Shown: positions 23,894 to 35,828, counted from the first letter of the stretch. The stretch is DNA of 64,000 nt from Lama guanicoe (GCA_013239625.1 MU053881.1:4671957-4735956); one strand, 5' to 3'. Notes: generated by a model not told the origin, from the letters alone. Numbers and translations are program-made.

Positions 23894-24032
23894 GGGGGAG
23901 GGTGTAGCTCAGTGGTAGAACGTATGCTTAGCACACACGAGGTCCTGGGTTCAATCCCCAATACCTCCGTTAAATAAATAAATAAACCTAATTACCTCTC
24001 CCCAGAAAAATAATAAAGAATAAAATAAAATG
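23894..24032 (+). mobile_element. Camelid tRNA-Ala-derived SINE (Vic-1-like)
   Basis: ggggagggtgtagctcagtggtag...ggttcaatcccc (A/B boxes), cctaattacctc tail, perfect 16-bp TSD aaataaatctattgag (23878-23893 / 24033-24048). Confidence 0.92.
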
Positions 24033-24098
24033 AAATAAATCTATTGAGAGTAAATAGCGAGTAGGTTCAAAGGAAAACATAAAGTTACCATATAAGTA

Positions 24099-24201
24099 CA
24101 GCTGGTCCTCCGTATCCATGGTTCCTGCATCCAGGGATTCAACCAGCCAGGAATGGAGTGGCTGAATACTCGTATATGGAACCCATGGATACTGAGGGCT
24201 G
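24099..24201. mobile_element. TcMar-Tigger MITE (MER2/Tigger-like)
   Basis: ta-cagctggtcctccgtatccatggttcc ... ggaacccatggatactgagggctg inverted termini. Confidence 0.7.
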
Positions 24202-24222
24202 GGGAGAGAGGCCAAAGCTAGG

Positions 24223-24280
24223 TTCTTCTCCCCCTGTCTCCCCATCCCTCCCTCCTCATTTCCCACGAGTTGCACAGCTT
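24223..24280 (-). repeat. 58-bp inverted copy of 25510-25567 (57/58 identical)
   Basis: Reverse complement aagctgtgcaactcgTgggaaatgaggagggagggatggggagacagggggagaagaa vs 25510 aagctgtgcaactcgGgggaaatg...gagaagaa. Confidence 0.97.
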
Positions 24281-24469
24281 AGGTTCTAGGCTTAGGTTCT
24301 AGTCTAAGTGCAGTGGGAAGTTCCTAAAGGGTTTTCAGCTTGGAAGTTATATAATCCAAGTAACTTCTGAAGTCAGGCCTCAGTTCCTTCATCTGTAAAA
24401 TGGGAGTAAATAAGAGAATGCTTTAAAAAAAAAAAAGAAAAGTACCCTGCCTAGTTGGAAGATGGATTG

Positions 24470-24609
24470 AAGGTGTTCTGAAACATAAGCTTGCATCAAA
24501 ATCACCTGGGGTACTTGTAAAACTCAAGATGGCTGGGCCCCACCCCCAAAGATTGTGATGCAATAGGTCTGGGGGAGGCCCAAGAAGATGCATTGCTAAC
24601 AAGTTCCCA

Positions 24610-24670
<61 letters not shown>

Positions 24671-24692
24671 TGGGGACCCCACTTGAGAGCCC
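24470..24692. mobile_element. MER5A hAT MITE containing an expanded (CTG)n
   Basis: tgcatcaaaatcacctgggg...gctgggccccaccccc...aacaagttcccag(CTG)19gtctggggaccccacttgag. Confidence 0.85.
24611..24667. repeat. Uninterrupted (CTG)19/(CAG)19 trinucleotide repeat
   Basis: 57 nt of pure ctg repeats. Confidence 0.97.
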
Positions 24693-24694
24693 TT

Positions 24695-25050
24695 GGATTA
24701 GAGAGAACAATAAAGAAGCAGCAGGTGCCATTGGGATGCTGCTGCAATCATTAAGAGCTGGTAGAGTAAAATGATGTCAGTGACATGGAGAAAAGTGGTC
24801 CAGAATCACTCTATTCTGGAGGGGCCATGGACAAGGCTGGCCAATGGACTGGATGTGAGGGATGAGGGAAAAGGGAAAATCGGACACAACGCTCCTAGAT
24901 CTCTGGCTTGATCACCTAGGCAATGATTGTGGCAGAAAGTGAAATGGGGAACCCTTAAGGAGGGGTGGATTCGGAAATAAGGGCTGGGACAGGCTAACTC
25001 TGAGACTTCTGCAACTCCAAAAAGGCAAGGTCAAGTAGGCAGGAGGAGCC
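24695..25050 (-). mobile_element. L2 fragment (continues a piece at ~24290-24360)
   Basis: aatggactggatgtgagggatgagggaaaaggga...ctagatctctggcttgatcacct. Confidence 0.65.
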
Positions 25051-26499
25051 TTCATGAGGACGGCAGTCCTATCTCGCTTTCCAATATACCCGTAGATCTG
25101 AGTCCTGGTATATAATAAATACTCAGAAAACCTTTCTTAAAGGTTGAAGGATAAATAGAGGTGGAGGAACCCTAGCCACCGGGGTAGCAAATGCTGCCAT
25201 GTATGAGGAGGCCATGAACAGTCCCTCCTGAGGCTTCACCGGCTGGACCAGCGGGACCACGCGGTCCATCACCTCCTGACTTTGGCATGTAGGTTGCAGT
25301 GCGAGGCTGGGGTTAGAACAAAAGACAGAACCGAGCTCCCCAATTCGCCGTAGGGCTCTTCCTTTAGAAGTCACAGATTTCACACGGGAGCCTCTTTTGG
25401 GTGGGTTTTGAGATGGAAAGGTTTGAACTGTGAGCTTAATGAGCATGAAGGCCAGAGGAATCTGGCTAACTTGGGGTTTTTTTTTATAAAATAAATCATG
25501 GGAAAATCAAAGCTGTGCAACTCGGGGGAAATGAGGAGGGAGGGATGGGGAGACAGGGGGAGAAGAAACGGAGGACAGAACAGGGAAAGTGGCTTCACCG
25601 AGACAATCTCCCCACTCGGGTGAGAAGGGGCCAGCCTCCAGACCTTGACTCTCAGGTCAGCCTCGACCCTGGGGTCCTCCCCACATCTCGAGGAGGGATG
25701 GTGGACCCTCGGCCTCCCCACTTACCGAGTTGTAAATTAAAAGGCTGTAATTCCAGCCAGGGGTTCTGGTGACATCATAAACCACAGAACCACAAGCTCA
25801 ATTCACCAGAAGCCCCAAGATGGAATTACACCCTTTTTTCCTAATCCAGGCAGCTCTGGTCACTGCCATTTTTTCATGATATAATAGAAGTGAGCGATAT
25901 TTTAACCATTTGTGCGTGACCTTTCTCATCCAGCAGTTGGGGCCCCTCTCTCCTGTCCACCCCCCCTCCTCCCCCACCCCACTGTGTCCCTTCCTCCCAA
26001 GGGGCTTCCTACGGGGTCATCCCCTGCTTTCTAAAGCTGCCCCTGCTCCAGGCCTGTGCCTCTCCCCTCTTTCCTCCCACGTCTCTTCTGCTTTTCTGTC
26101 TCCTCTTATGGGCAACAGTGTCCTGATTTCTGCCTTAAATCTGCTTTCCAAAAGCAGCCCAGTCTTCTCTAGGTTCAGGGCAAGACCCCAGAGGGTATCT
26201 GGAATACGTTCCCAAAAGTCACCTGCAAAGGAACTCATGTTTTCAATGCATCAGGGAGGTTTACAGCTTAAAGAATCTTTCTGAAAGCAAACGAATACTT
26301 CCAATACCGTTTTGTGTTGGTTTGGTGTGGAGTCCTAATTTCCGTTAAGGTTTTGCTTGACATGGTGTAGACCTGAGCATCATGTGGCCCTTCCCCCTGC
26401 TTCCCCACCTGAGGCTTAACGTTGGAACTTAAGCTTCCAGGGGAAACTCATGCAGCGGGGAGAGCCACAAGGAAGGGCGATCATAAAAGCAGCCAAGAC

Positions 26500-26672
26500 G
26501 TGATGAGTCCCCTCTGTGTCTCATTCCTACAGTATTCCTCACCCCTTTCACAGAGCTATTATTTTCCTCATTTTATGGAGGAGGGAAACTGAGGCTCAGA
26601 AATGTGGAGTATTTTGCCCAGTCCCACAACAAATAAGTAAAGCCCTTGGATTTGACCCCAATCATCTGACTC
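26500..26672 (-). mobile_element. MIR SINE
   Basis: ctcattttatggaggagggaaactgaggctcaga...ggatttgaccccaatcatctgactc. Confidence 0.8.
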
Positions 26673-27293
26673 AACACCCTACATACACATGCACTCTCAG
26701 TGTCCCCTCGAGTGAAACATTTTGAGAATAAATGTTGCATTTGACTCCAAAGGGACTTTAATAATTGATCTTCATATAACAGTTTTTTTTTTTAAATTTC
26801 AGAAGGGAAGAAAATTCTACACTATTCTAGGGTACAGTAAGAATCAAAAAACACATTCCAAATGCTCTCTCTATTCTTTTTTAAAGAAAACAACAAAGTA
26901 AGTTATTTCAAAAGATTTTGATTTATCCCCAAAAGAAAAGCAAAGCAAAAAAAGTTTAATTCCACATTGATATAACCGGCAGAAACCTGCACCAGTGACT
27001 TGCTTTATAAGGTGTCATGCGCAAAACACTTATATTGGAGAGGGCAGCTTTCAAAAGAGCTGATCAGCACAAGTCTGCCTGCGCTCACTGTGTGGGGTGT
27101 GCCGTACAAACCCCGGGCGTCTTGGAGATGGCCCCCCAGTGGGAGGGGGCAGGCCACGTGGGCATCTTGGAGATGTCCCAAGGGCAACAGGCGGATGAGG
27201 GGCAGAGAGTCAGTGCCCCAGGGGTTAAGTGATTCCAGGACTTTATAAAAATATAATGATACTGCAGCCGAATGGAGGCTGCAGCTCACGCAC

Positions 27294-27355
27294 CTCATAA
27301 AGGAGTAAGAACCGCATCTGATGTCATTTCTGCAAACGTTTGAGAACACAGCAGT
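27294..27355 (-). other. Candidate small exon (acceptor 27355 or 27329; donor GAG|gtgcgt)
   Basis: Ends ATG AG|, phase-compatible with the 21801 exon (MRWEEKY...); pyrimidine-rich tract upstream on minus strand. Confidence 0.2.
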
Positions 27356-27929
27356 CTTGGTGTTAGAAATGTTGGACAAGAAGAGAAAAGAAGAAAGCAG
27401 CAGTTTTATCTTCTTCAGAAAATGCCTCCCTGCCTAATGAAGCCCATGTTTGGATGGTTTAAGGAAGATGTGTGAGGCGGTGACCTAATTTTTTTCCTCT
27501 CGCATCACGGATAGTAAATAACATCTTCCCAGAGACTACAAATGGGGAAATACCGTCAGCCTATATTACAAAGCGGAAGCGAACGCCGCAGTGAAGAACA
27601 AACAGGCACCCTGCTTCTCCAGCTTCTAAGTGAGATGGCAAAAGTCTCCTGGTGATGGAGAACAAATCTATTCATCCCCAGCAACAAACATTTAATTACC
27701 AAATTAATTCCACAGCATTGTACTGCAGGATGGAAAATCACCATCATCTTCTAAATGTAGAAAGACAAGGAATTTGAAAACATCATGTGGGTTCTCCTTG
27801 CAGACCGAATGTCCAGGATCCCACTGGCTGTGCTCACATATGCGGACCTGCAGGCAAAGCCAGCCTTGACCAACCGCAGAGAAAGCACCCAGCCTTCATG
27901 GCTTGCACCCGTGGGCTCTGATGAGACAG

Positions 27930-28135
27930 GCTTTAAGAGTACAGTGCTGGGGGTTGGACTGCCAAGGTCCAAAATTGGCTGTGTGGTCTTGGGCAAGTTT
28001 TTTAAGCCATATATCCCTCAGTTTCCTTGTCTGTAAACTGAAGATAAGAGTATCCTACGTCACGGGCTTGTTGGGAGGATTAAATGAATACGCATAAAGT
28101 GTTTAAAGGAGTGTATAGTAAACACTCAATAAGCA
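27930..28135 (+). mobile_element. MIR SINE
   Basis: gctgtgtggtcttgggcaagtt...cctcagtttccttgtctgtaaa...gaggattaaatgaat...aaacactcaataa. Confidence 0.85.
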
Positions 28136-28164
28136 ACAAACATCATGAGCCTTCTCCCCCATTA

Positions 28165-28480
28165 GTATGTTTATGTTGGCTAGAACTCTTACCAGAGATA
28201 CAAAATCAGTCTCAAACTTAGCCACCATAACTGAAAAGTCAGGGAAGCACCAGCCTCAGGTATAGCTTGATCCAGAGACTCCAATGGTAATTTCAGGCCT
28301 TGGTCTCTCTATTTCCCCCATCTTATCTCTCCTTCCTCTGTCACAGCTCCATTCTCAAACAAGCTCTCTCCTCATGGTGGCAAGATGGCTGCAACAGCAT
28401 CAGCCTGCATCCTTACAGATTCAAGTCCAGCAGGAAAGAGCACAGCTTCTGTCTCAGTAGGTCCTGCACAAACTCAGGAA
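28165..28480 (-). mobile_element. Old MLT1 LTR
   Basis: cataactgaaaagtcagg...ctcaggtatagcttgatccagaga...catggtggcaagatggctgc. Confidence 0.7.
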
Positions 28481-30199
28481 TTCAGTCTAACACCACCAGG
28501 ACAAATCATTGCTCTTAGTTTCCCTGACTACTGACAAGACTGAGCACATTTCCACTTGTGCATGTTTACTGGCATTTATGTCATTAAAGGGTGTTAATTA
28601 AGGCCATTGTTTTATTGAAAAACTCCATGTTCATGGTGCACAATATGAGAAGAGTATATATCTTCTGGTTTATGGTAGGGGTGTCCCAGATCTGCCAAAA
28701 TTAGAGGTTACTCTCCTTTGGACACAAGACCTTCACCCCTACAACCCATCGGCCTCCAAAGTATTCTGTTAACACAGTAACTTCGATGAGGCCCTCCTCA
28801 TGCTCAGTTTCACCGGCAAGCTGAAACCACTGCAATGTCCAAGCCCTTTCATCTCACGGACTCTTCACCCCGGAGTCCTGGCCTGATACCCTCTTAGCTC
28901 CTGGGGCCACAGAGAAAGTCTGGCTTTAGCTGTTCCGGCATCGTGTTAGATCAAGTCCCGGCTCTTTTTTAAACCCTTGATGAAAACTTGCTTCCTCAGC
29001 TGCCCAAATCCCCATCCCTCAACAAAACATGCTGAAAGAGCTGACCTGTCAACCATGCACACATTTTCTGAACACCACGGTTGTTCCAGAGGGTTCGCTG
29101 TCTAATGCTCCCGGGAAGCCGGGAGCCAAGAATTCTCCCCCCACCCCCAACGCTTGGCTTGCTCCCAAGCTATTTTTGGTCCAGGTAAGTCCTGCTCTCT
29201 TTAAGGATTTGACTCAAGTGTCACCTGAATTCTCCAAAACGGCTTAGTCATTCCTGCCTTTCTACTCCCAAGCCATCTGGCTCACTTCCGGGTATCACTC
29301 TCCCCCTATTTACACACAAAGAAGCTGAGCCTTCGAGCTTATAGAAGGTCCCAACGTCACACAGCTGGTGAGTGGCCCCAGAGCCTATGCCTTCCTATCA
29401 CTGTCATCTACTCTCTCGCACAGACCTGGCGGCCTTCCTGTTGCCATTTTTCATAAGGAATTAAAATGATGAGAAGGACTACAAATCATGCCACCATCAC
29501 ATCCATCAAACGCTTTCTTGTCTACAAAGTGTCTTCACAGATATGACCTCCTTGGTCTTAAACAGAGTGAGGTGGGCAGACCCTCTATCATCCATCCCAT
29601 TTATTGGACAAAGACATGGTGCTCTCGGATCACATGCCTGGCTGGGAGCTGCTAAGAGCAGACCCAGCATTTCTAGGTCTTGTTTTCAAGTTGGAGGTGA
29701 TGGCCTGGGGATTTCCTGGCACGTGTGGGACTCAGTCTGCTGGTCTGCAGTGTGGGGCTGGCAGGTGGTGGTCAGCTTGGAGCTGGAGGGCTGGACTGTG
29801 GTTGGAACTGACCAAGCATGTGAGATGCGTGGGAACCCAGAGCCTCTAAAGAAAGAGCTTGGTCTTTCAGTCTTGCCAGGGAGCTCTCAGGGGAGTTCTC
29901 CATTGCCAAGTGTGTGTGTGTCTTACTTAGTGGTGTTAGTGGAACTGGGGAAATATAAATGTAAGGAAGCTTGGCTCCCAACCCTTCCGGTGTCCCTAAT
30001 ACATCTGACTTAAGAGGCCCCTAGCAAAAGTTCCATGTTGTCAAATGGAGAGCAGAGTCAAGTCTTCATAGCTCTGGGGATGTCTGAAGAAGTGAGTTAA
30101 AAATATAAGAATGGAGGGGCTATGGGTATTGAAGCTTCCCTGTCACTGCTGTCAGCTTCCTGTCTGCGTGTGACTGGCCCCTTCTGTTTCTCCTAAGCT

Positions 30200-30560
30200 T
30201 GGAGGCAGAATGACATGGTAGTTGGGGTTGACCAGATGTCCCCAGTGTCCCATTGTCTGGCTTCAAATCCCAGTGTTATCATTTACTGCTCTGTGATTCT
30301 GAGTGAGCTATGTCTTTGGGCCCACTTCTCCCATCAGGAACACATACCCACGTTGCAGGCATGAAGATAAAGTGAGCTAATCCACTGAAAGTACCTAGAA
30401 CAGTGCTTGTCACATAGGAGACTTTCAGAGACATTCAGTAAACAGTAAATCAGAGAGACTGAATGACTTGTCAGCTCGCTAGGGAGCCGGGGAGTCAGGA
30501 CCCAGACCCAGATCAGAGTTGGGATTCTGAATGAGTCCTCCCACCGTGCCATGCTGCCTC
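30200..30560. mobile_element. Two adjacent MIR fragments (+ then -)
   Basis: ggcttcaaatcccag...agaacagtgcttgtcacatagg, then agagagactgaatgacttgtc...ctcgctag. Confidence 0.65.
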
Positions 30561-30929
30561 TCAGAGCCCTGCCACTTCCCACAGGGGACGGGAGTTTATT
30601 AGTGTCTCACCTTACTTCCCACTGGAGCTCTTCTAGGACTCACATCCTATCTCCAGTGGACTTTTTGCCTCCATGAGGTGAAGCATGACCCTTAATCTAG
30701 ATTTTTTTCCCCTTAAACTCATCTAGCCCTGAAGTTGTCAGGTCTGCCCTGACCCCTGAAAGGATGGTCTGTAAGCTTGGGAACAACATAGGAAGTCGTG
30801 TTTTTATACAGCACATGCCCATTTACATACAGGAGAAAATTCTTCCACAGAGAACCCCTAGCTTGATGCTGATGCAAACTTATCTGAACAATCAGAAGAC
30901 ACACTATCTCCCGTAACATCGCGGAGAGA

Positions 30930-31300
30930 CGGTGTAGGCTTCAGGTAGGATATGATCAGGGCTCTATCTGAACGTCTCTGGCTCTCTGGGCTCTGCCCTC
31001 CTCCACCCACTGACTCTGCACTTCAAGCTGGCTTCCTTCATTGTGACACACGGCAGTCTGCAGCAAGTGTACTTGCTGACTTTTTATATCTAGGGCGAGA
31101 AAGAGGACTTTGTACCTCATTCTCACTTAAGCCACACATCCGTCCTGACCCAGTAACTGTTGCTGGGGCAAGGTCATGTGATCACTGGCTCGAATCCAAA
31201 TTCCTCAACCAACTGTTGAATCACCCTCAGGCCAATCAGGCCCTTGGGGCAGGGATGGGCTCAGAGTCTGTGGGACACAGGGGCCTCTAGGGAGAAGTGG
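30930..31300 (-). mobile_element. Old MLT1 LTR fragment
   Basis: aggcttcaggtaggatatgatcagggctc...ccagtaactgttgctgggg. Confidence 0.55.
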
Positions 31301-31514
31301 AAACCAGAACACTGGTTCTGTTGGGATGGAGAACGGAAAAGTAGATGCTAAGTACTCGGTCAACAATGCCCATCCCCCAAGGGGGGAGCAGTAAGAAACT
31401 GCTGAGCCTAGGAATCCAGGGGAGGGGGGAAAAATCTCATAAAATGTCATATCTGTTAAATTAAAACTCTAATACAGAATCAGCACATTTCATTCAAGAG
31501 AAAAGTGTCATAAC

Positions 31515-31730
31515 CGTTACCATTTATTGAGTAACATCCATCAAACACGGAGGTAGGTACTTTCCTACATCAAGTTGTTTCATAATTTAACTCTCACAGC
31601 AACCCTTCGAATTTCGAGTCATCACTCCTATATTATAGCTGAGGAAACGAGGCTCTGAGCAGTACTGCAACTGACTCGGAGTCACCCAGCTAGCGAGGCA
31701 CAGCCTGGGACAGCAAACTCGGATTCCTGC
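31515..31730 (-). mobile_element. MIR SINE
   Basis: taccatttattgag...tttaactctcacagcaaccct...gctgaggaaacgaggct. Confidence 0.8.
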
Positions 31731-32394
31731 GTGGAAAAAGCCCCAGCCCAAAATCTTGCTCGTTACACTTCGAGAAACAAAAGTAGGATGTGTGAGTTAA
31801 TTTCATGTGGCTCTAATACCATTGTCTGAAAGCAGGAAATAAATGACCTTCAGCCTCTGAGTCCATGGGAAAAAAACACACCAAAAAAAAAAAAACATTG
31901 TTAAAGTTTAAAAATAAAGTGCAAAGTGGGACCAGAAAAACTGGGAGAATTAGTAAGAAGCCAACATGCATTCTTCTCCTTAAACACACAAAATCCTACT
32001 TCGTTGTGGGGCAGAAAGGTGGGACCCTCTCCCCCACATCCCAGGGCCAGCTCGTCATGTTTGGACATCACTGTAAGGGTGACTTTAAAAGTCTGCTTTA
32101 TGCTAACAGAGTCTTCGAAAAGAAGGTATCTTCTGGTCCTGCTTCTCTGTCATTCAGAAGGGCACGTGCAGCATTAAAATGAACATGCATACAAAGTGAG
32201 TTTGCCTTGTGAAGGAGCACTTGATTGCACAGGTTATTTTGTCGGGGTGGGAGTGGAAGCTTGGTCAATGAGACGTGTCTGGTAATAGTCTTCGGGGGAG
32301 TGGGTCTTAATTGAGAAGGTGTCCCTGTGGCTGTCCCCACGGGCTGCTGAAGTCCACATCTACTTCACTGCCCCCCTGCAAGGGGGTGTTGAGA

Positions 32395-32850
32395 TGGACT
32401 GGCTTCCTCTTGCTGCTGTAACAAAGCACCACGAACTTAGTGACTTAAAATAATGCAAATTTATTATCTAGCAGCTCTGGAAGTCAGAAGTCCAAAATGA
32501 CTCTCACAAGGCTAAAATCAAGGTGTCATCGAGGCTGTGTTCTTTCTGGAGGCTCAAAGGGAAAATCTGTTTCCTTGTCTTTTCCAGCTTCTAAAGGCTG
32601 CCTGAATTCCTTGGCTAGTGGCCCCTTCCTCCATCTTCAAAGCACATCACTGCAACATCTCCTCTCTGCCTCTGACCCTCCTACCTCCCTCTTATGAGGA
32701 CTCTCATGTTTACATTGGACCCATCTGGATAGTCCAGGATAGTCTTCCCATCTCAAGATCCTTAATGACACCTGCAAAGTCCTTCTTGCCAAAAAATGCA
32801 ACACATTCACACACACATCTGAGGGTTCAGGGCATGGACATGAGGGATCA
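32395..32850 (-). mobile_element. MLT1D-like MaLR LTR
   Basis: ttgctgctgtaacaaagcaccacgaacttagtgacttaaaa...ctggaagtcagaagtccaaaatg...catctcaagatccttaa. Confidence 0.85.
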
Positions 32851-33629
32851 CAAAAAAAGGCATCACCTTGTGAAGCTGTCACCACCCACCGCTGAGGACT
32901 CAGAAAGACACTGTCTCTAACAGATTAGCTTAAAATAGAAACTAGCAAAGGAATATTCTGAACATCATTGCTCTCGTTTGGGATTTTTCCATTTTAGCTT
33001 GATAACCTTTAATAGAGAGAATTTTGAGGCTGTGCACACACAGACACACAGCGATGGAGAAAATGAGGAAATTAGCAAGAAGATTCGGGGCTCTAATACT
33101 TACTAGGCCTGATATATCCAGATAAATCCCTCTCCCGTCCAGGTATTTTGAACTTGAATGACCATTTCCTGTTCCATGTACAGACTCCAGGTGTGTCTTT
33201 GTCATGTCTCCCCCTACCTGTGACTGCTGGGAGGCTGGCCCCAGGGAACTCGGAAAGCAGACAGGAAGCTGGGTGAGACCAGGGAATCTGGGAGCAGGGA
33301 TGGCCTGGGTGAGGAACTGGGAGGTTGGGAGCATCCCCAGTGGGGCAGGGTTTCCCAGACTTCAGACATCCAGGTACCACTTTTAACACTTTGTCCAATA
33401 TTGGTGTCTTATCTGTGCTATTCTTAGGTTAATATTTTTCTTAAATTGACTAACTTTTGATGAAATAAGTTGTTTTATCTGATATTAATTCCACAAAAGA
33501 AAAAATAGAAAGAATGTAATAAAACAAAAAAATTATCAAATATTGTTAGAACAAATAATTGTTTAATAATTATCAAGATTAAAAACATGTCCATATGTCA
33601 CCTAAAATACTCTCATTTGTTGTATATAT

Positions 33630-33742
33630 CAGAACTTTTCAAACTTTAATATGCATACAAATCACTGGGGGATTTTGTTGAAATGCAGATTCTAATTCTG
33701 CCCAGTCTGGGATGAGATCTGAAATTCTGTATTTTTAGGCAA
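33630..33742. mobile_element. MER5B-like hAT MITE
   Basis: caaactttaatatgcatacaaatcactgggggattttgttgaaatgcagattct. Confidence 0.75.
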
Positions 33743-33924
33743 CAAACAGAAACTCAAGTTTCAGCAGGCTCAAACACACTCCTGGGACCTTGAGGCTTGT
33801 TCATTCTACCCCGGCATCCTCTCACCCCTATCTTTCTTCCCACCTCCATGTGATTGGTGTCCTTTTAAAGCCCCCTCTACATTTGATTTCCCCCTACATC
33901 AAAGACAAGGCTGGAATTTAGCTA

Positions 33925-34141
33925 CCATAGACATCATGAGTGTTGTTTCCCCAAATACTTCCAGCTCTACCCCTCCAACACATGGTAGGATTATACTGTC
34001 TGGTCCCTTTATGGGACCAGAACTCACAACATGAGTTGCCAACCCAACAATGAGCATGTACCAGGAGCAAGAAATAAACTTTCATGGGATTTAGGGATTG
34101 TTCGTTATTGCAGCAAAACCTAGCCTAACCTGACTGATACA
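33925..34141 (+). mobile_element. MLT1J-like LTR (internally deleted)
   Basis: acacatggtaggattatact...gagcaagaaataaacttt...gcagcaaaacctagcctaacctgactgataca. Confidence 0.75.
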
Positions 34142-34722
34142 TACACCCTGGTTTCATCCACTTTACCCCTCAATGCTCCACAGGACACAAGCACCTGTTA
34201 AGTGTTTTACCAAATTGCTTGTCCTCCCCCAACCCAAACCTACAACTAATGTGCTAGCATACTTATCCTATCTCTGGCCATGTACAGAGGCACAGAATTT
34301 GGTAAAACAGGAAGAAGAGAAAGAAAGCCCAATCGTATTTCCCTGCTTCTCACTGAGCCACATATGAGTCGAAGTGGGACCCACACAGCAGTTCCTCTAA
34401 CCCCCTTCAGAGGCCTACACTTTCCATCCAGCTCTGGTTCCCAATCACCTTCTGCTGTGAAGTCTCTTTTTGAAGCTATTATACACGCCTGCTGAGGGTG
34501 AGTGAAGTTTGGTCCACCCTTCCTTCCAGGGAACAAATGCTTTCCCAGGTAACCAGCTTGGCTGCTGTGAACAAGGTTCCATCAGCATAGATGGCCATTT
34601 CTCCCACATCACCTCTCACTAGACCACAAATCCAGAAGCAAGGTAACCGTGGGAGAAGCACCCAAGTGGAGAAACACTGAACCAGGACTAAGAAATGTGG
34701 GTCCTAATCTCAATTCTGATAC

Positions 34723-35280
34723 TGTATTTGTCCACCAGCCTCTTTTGAGGGCAAGTGAAAGAAACTCAATTCACACAACTCAATTCACACAGCTTACATG
34801 AAAACTAGAAAATAAAAACCTCTCCAGGTTCTCAAGGAAAAGAGAAAAAAAAAAGTCAAGAAGCAAATATCTCCCTCCGTGACAGTGGACTGCTGTCTCT
34901 TTGTTGGCTCTGTTCTCAGATGTGACTTCCCCAAGTGGCAGCAAAGATGACAACAGCATGCCCAGAATTACATTTCAGAAGCTCAGCAGCCCCAGGAGAA
35001 AAGGACACCCTCTTTTCCAAGGATTTCACCCAAAGTCAAAGAAGGAAATTTCACTGGTCTGGTTTCGGTCACATGCTCACCCATGAACCAATCATCGTGG
35101 CCAGGGAGATGCAAGGGTTCTGAGTGGCCGGGCCTGGGACACATGCCCACCTCTGGAATTGAAGGGGGAAGCTGTCTCAGTCAAACCACATGGACTGAGT
35201 GTTGGAGAGAGTTAAGTCTTCCCAAGAAAACCAGAGTGATACATCCAAAAAGGGGGAAATGACTGCTAGGGAGACAAAAG
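34723..35280 (-). mobile_element. MLT1K-like LTR
   Basis: gcaagtgaaagaaactcaa...ggtcacatgctcacccatgaaccaatcatcgtggccaggg. Confidence 0.75.
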
Positions 35281-35399
35281 GGACTGGGAGCCCCTCTAGC
35301 TGCCAACATCCTTCCGTTCCCCTAATCTCAATTCCAAGTCAAATTCTTTGTCAGTCTCCCAAGGAAACTACAATGCAACATCGTTCCAGTGCAAACAGG

Positions 35400-35828
35400 T
35401 TGCAAAGTGACACCAACAATCATCCCAAAGATGCAGGAAGCCATGAATTGCAGGAGAGTGATGATGGAGAGTTCACCAAATCAAATGCAGGCCTATTGGC
35501 AAAGGAGGATCTGGCTAAAGTCGACCAGCTCATCATTGAACAGGAAACATCTGCAGGGAGTATGCAAAACTAAGAGTTTCAAAAAAGGACGACTTAGACA
35601 TCAAAATTTGACATCCTCAAATATTTCTGTGAACGTTCATAAGACGACTCTGGATATCAGGTAATACATCTTATGATTTGATTTTTTTTTAATTACACCC
35701 AAAAAATAAACACTTGACTTGTACTTTGTACATTCCAAGTGTTAGTGCACAGTTGCAATTATAAACTAAATTTGGTTAGGTGTATAGTACACTTTTCCAC
35801 ATTAAACGGGTGTAAAGGGGAATTTCAT
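35400..35828 (+). mobile_element. Tigger/pogo-type transposon relic (acidic C-terminal coding remnant)
   Basis: Peptide ELQESDDGEFTKSNAGLLAKEDLAKVDQLIIEQE resembles the acidic C-terminus of pogo/Tigger transposases. Confidence 0.45.

Noticed and set aside
23894..23970. tRNA-Ala-like sequences (also 37984, 38078, 48794, 51270-51340) as tRNA genes
   Set aside because: Have A-rich tails, TSDs and stem-disrupting substitutions, so they are SINE heads
24423..24747. Poly-Ala / poly-Ser ORFs
   Set aside because: Translation of the (CTG)19 repeat within MER5A
24223..25567. 58-bp inverted repeats as TIRs of a novel DNA transposon
   Set aside because: No target-site duplication outside the arms; the interior is ancient L2/MIR/MER5A with no transposase; near-identical arms and junction scars fit templated repair better
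35199..35573. 124-aa ORF as a host gene
   Set aside because: Spans an MLT1 end and a probable Tigger relic; non-ATG start
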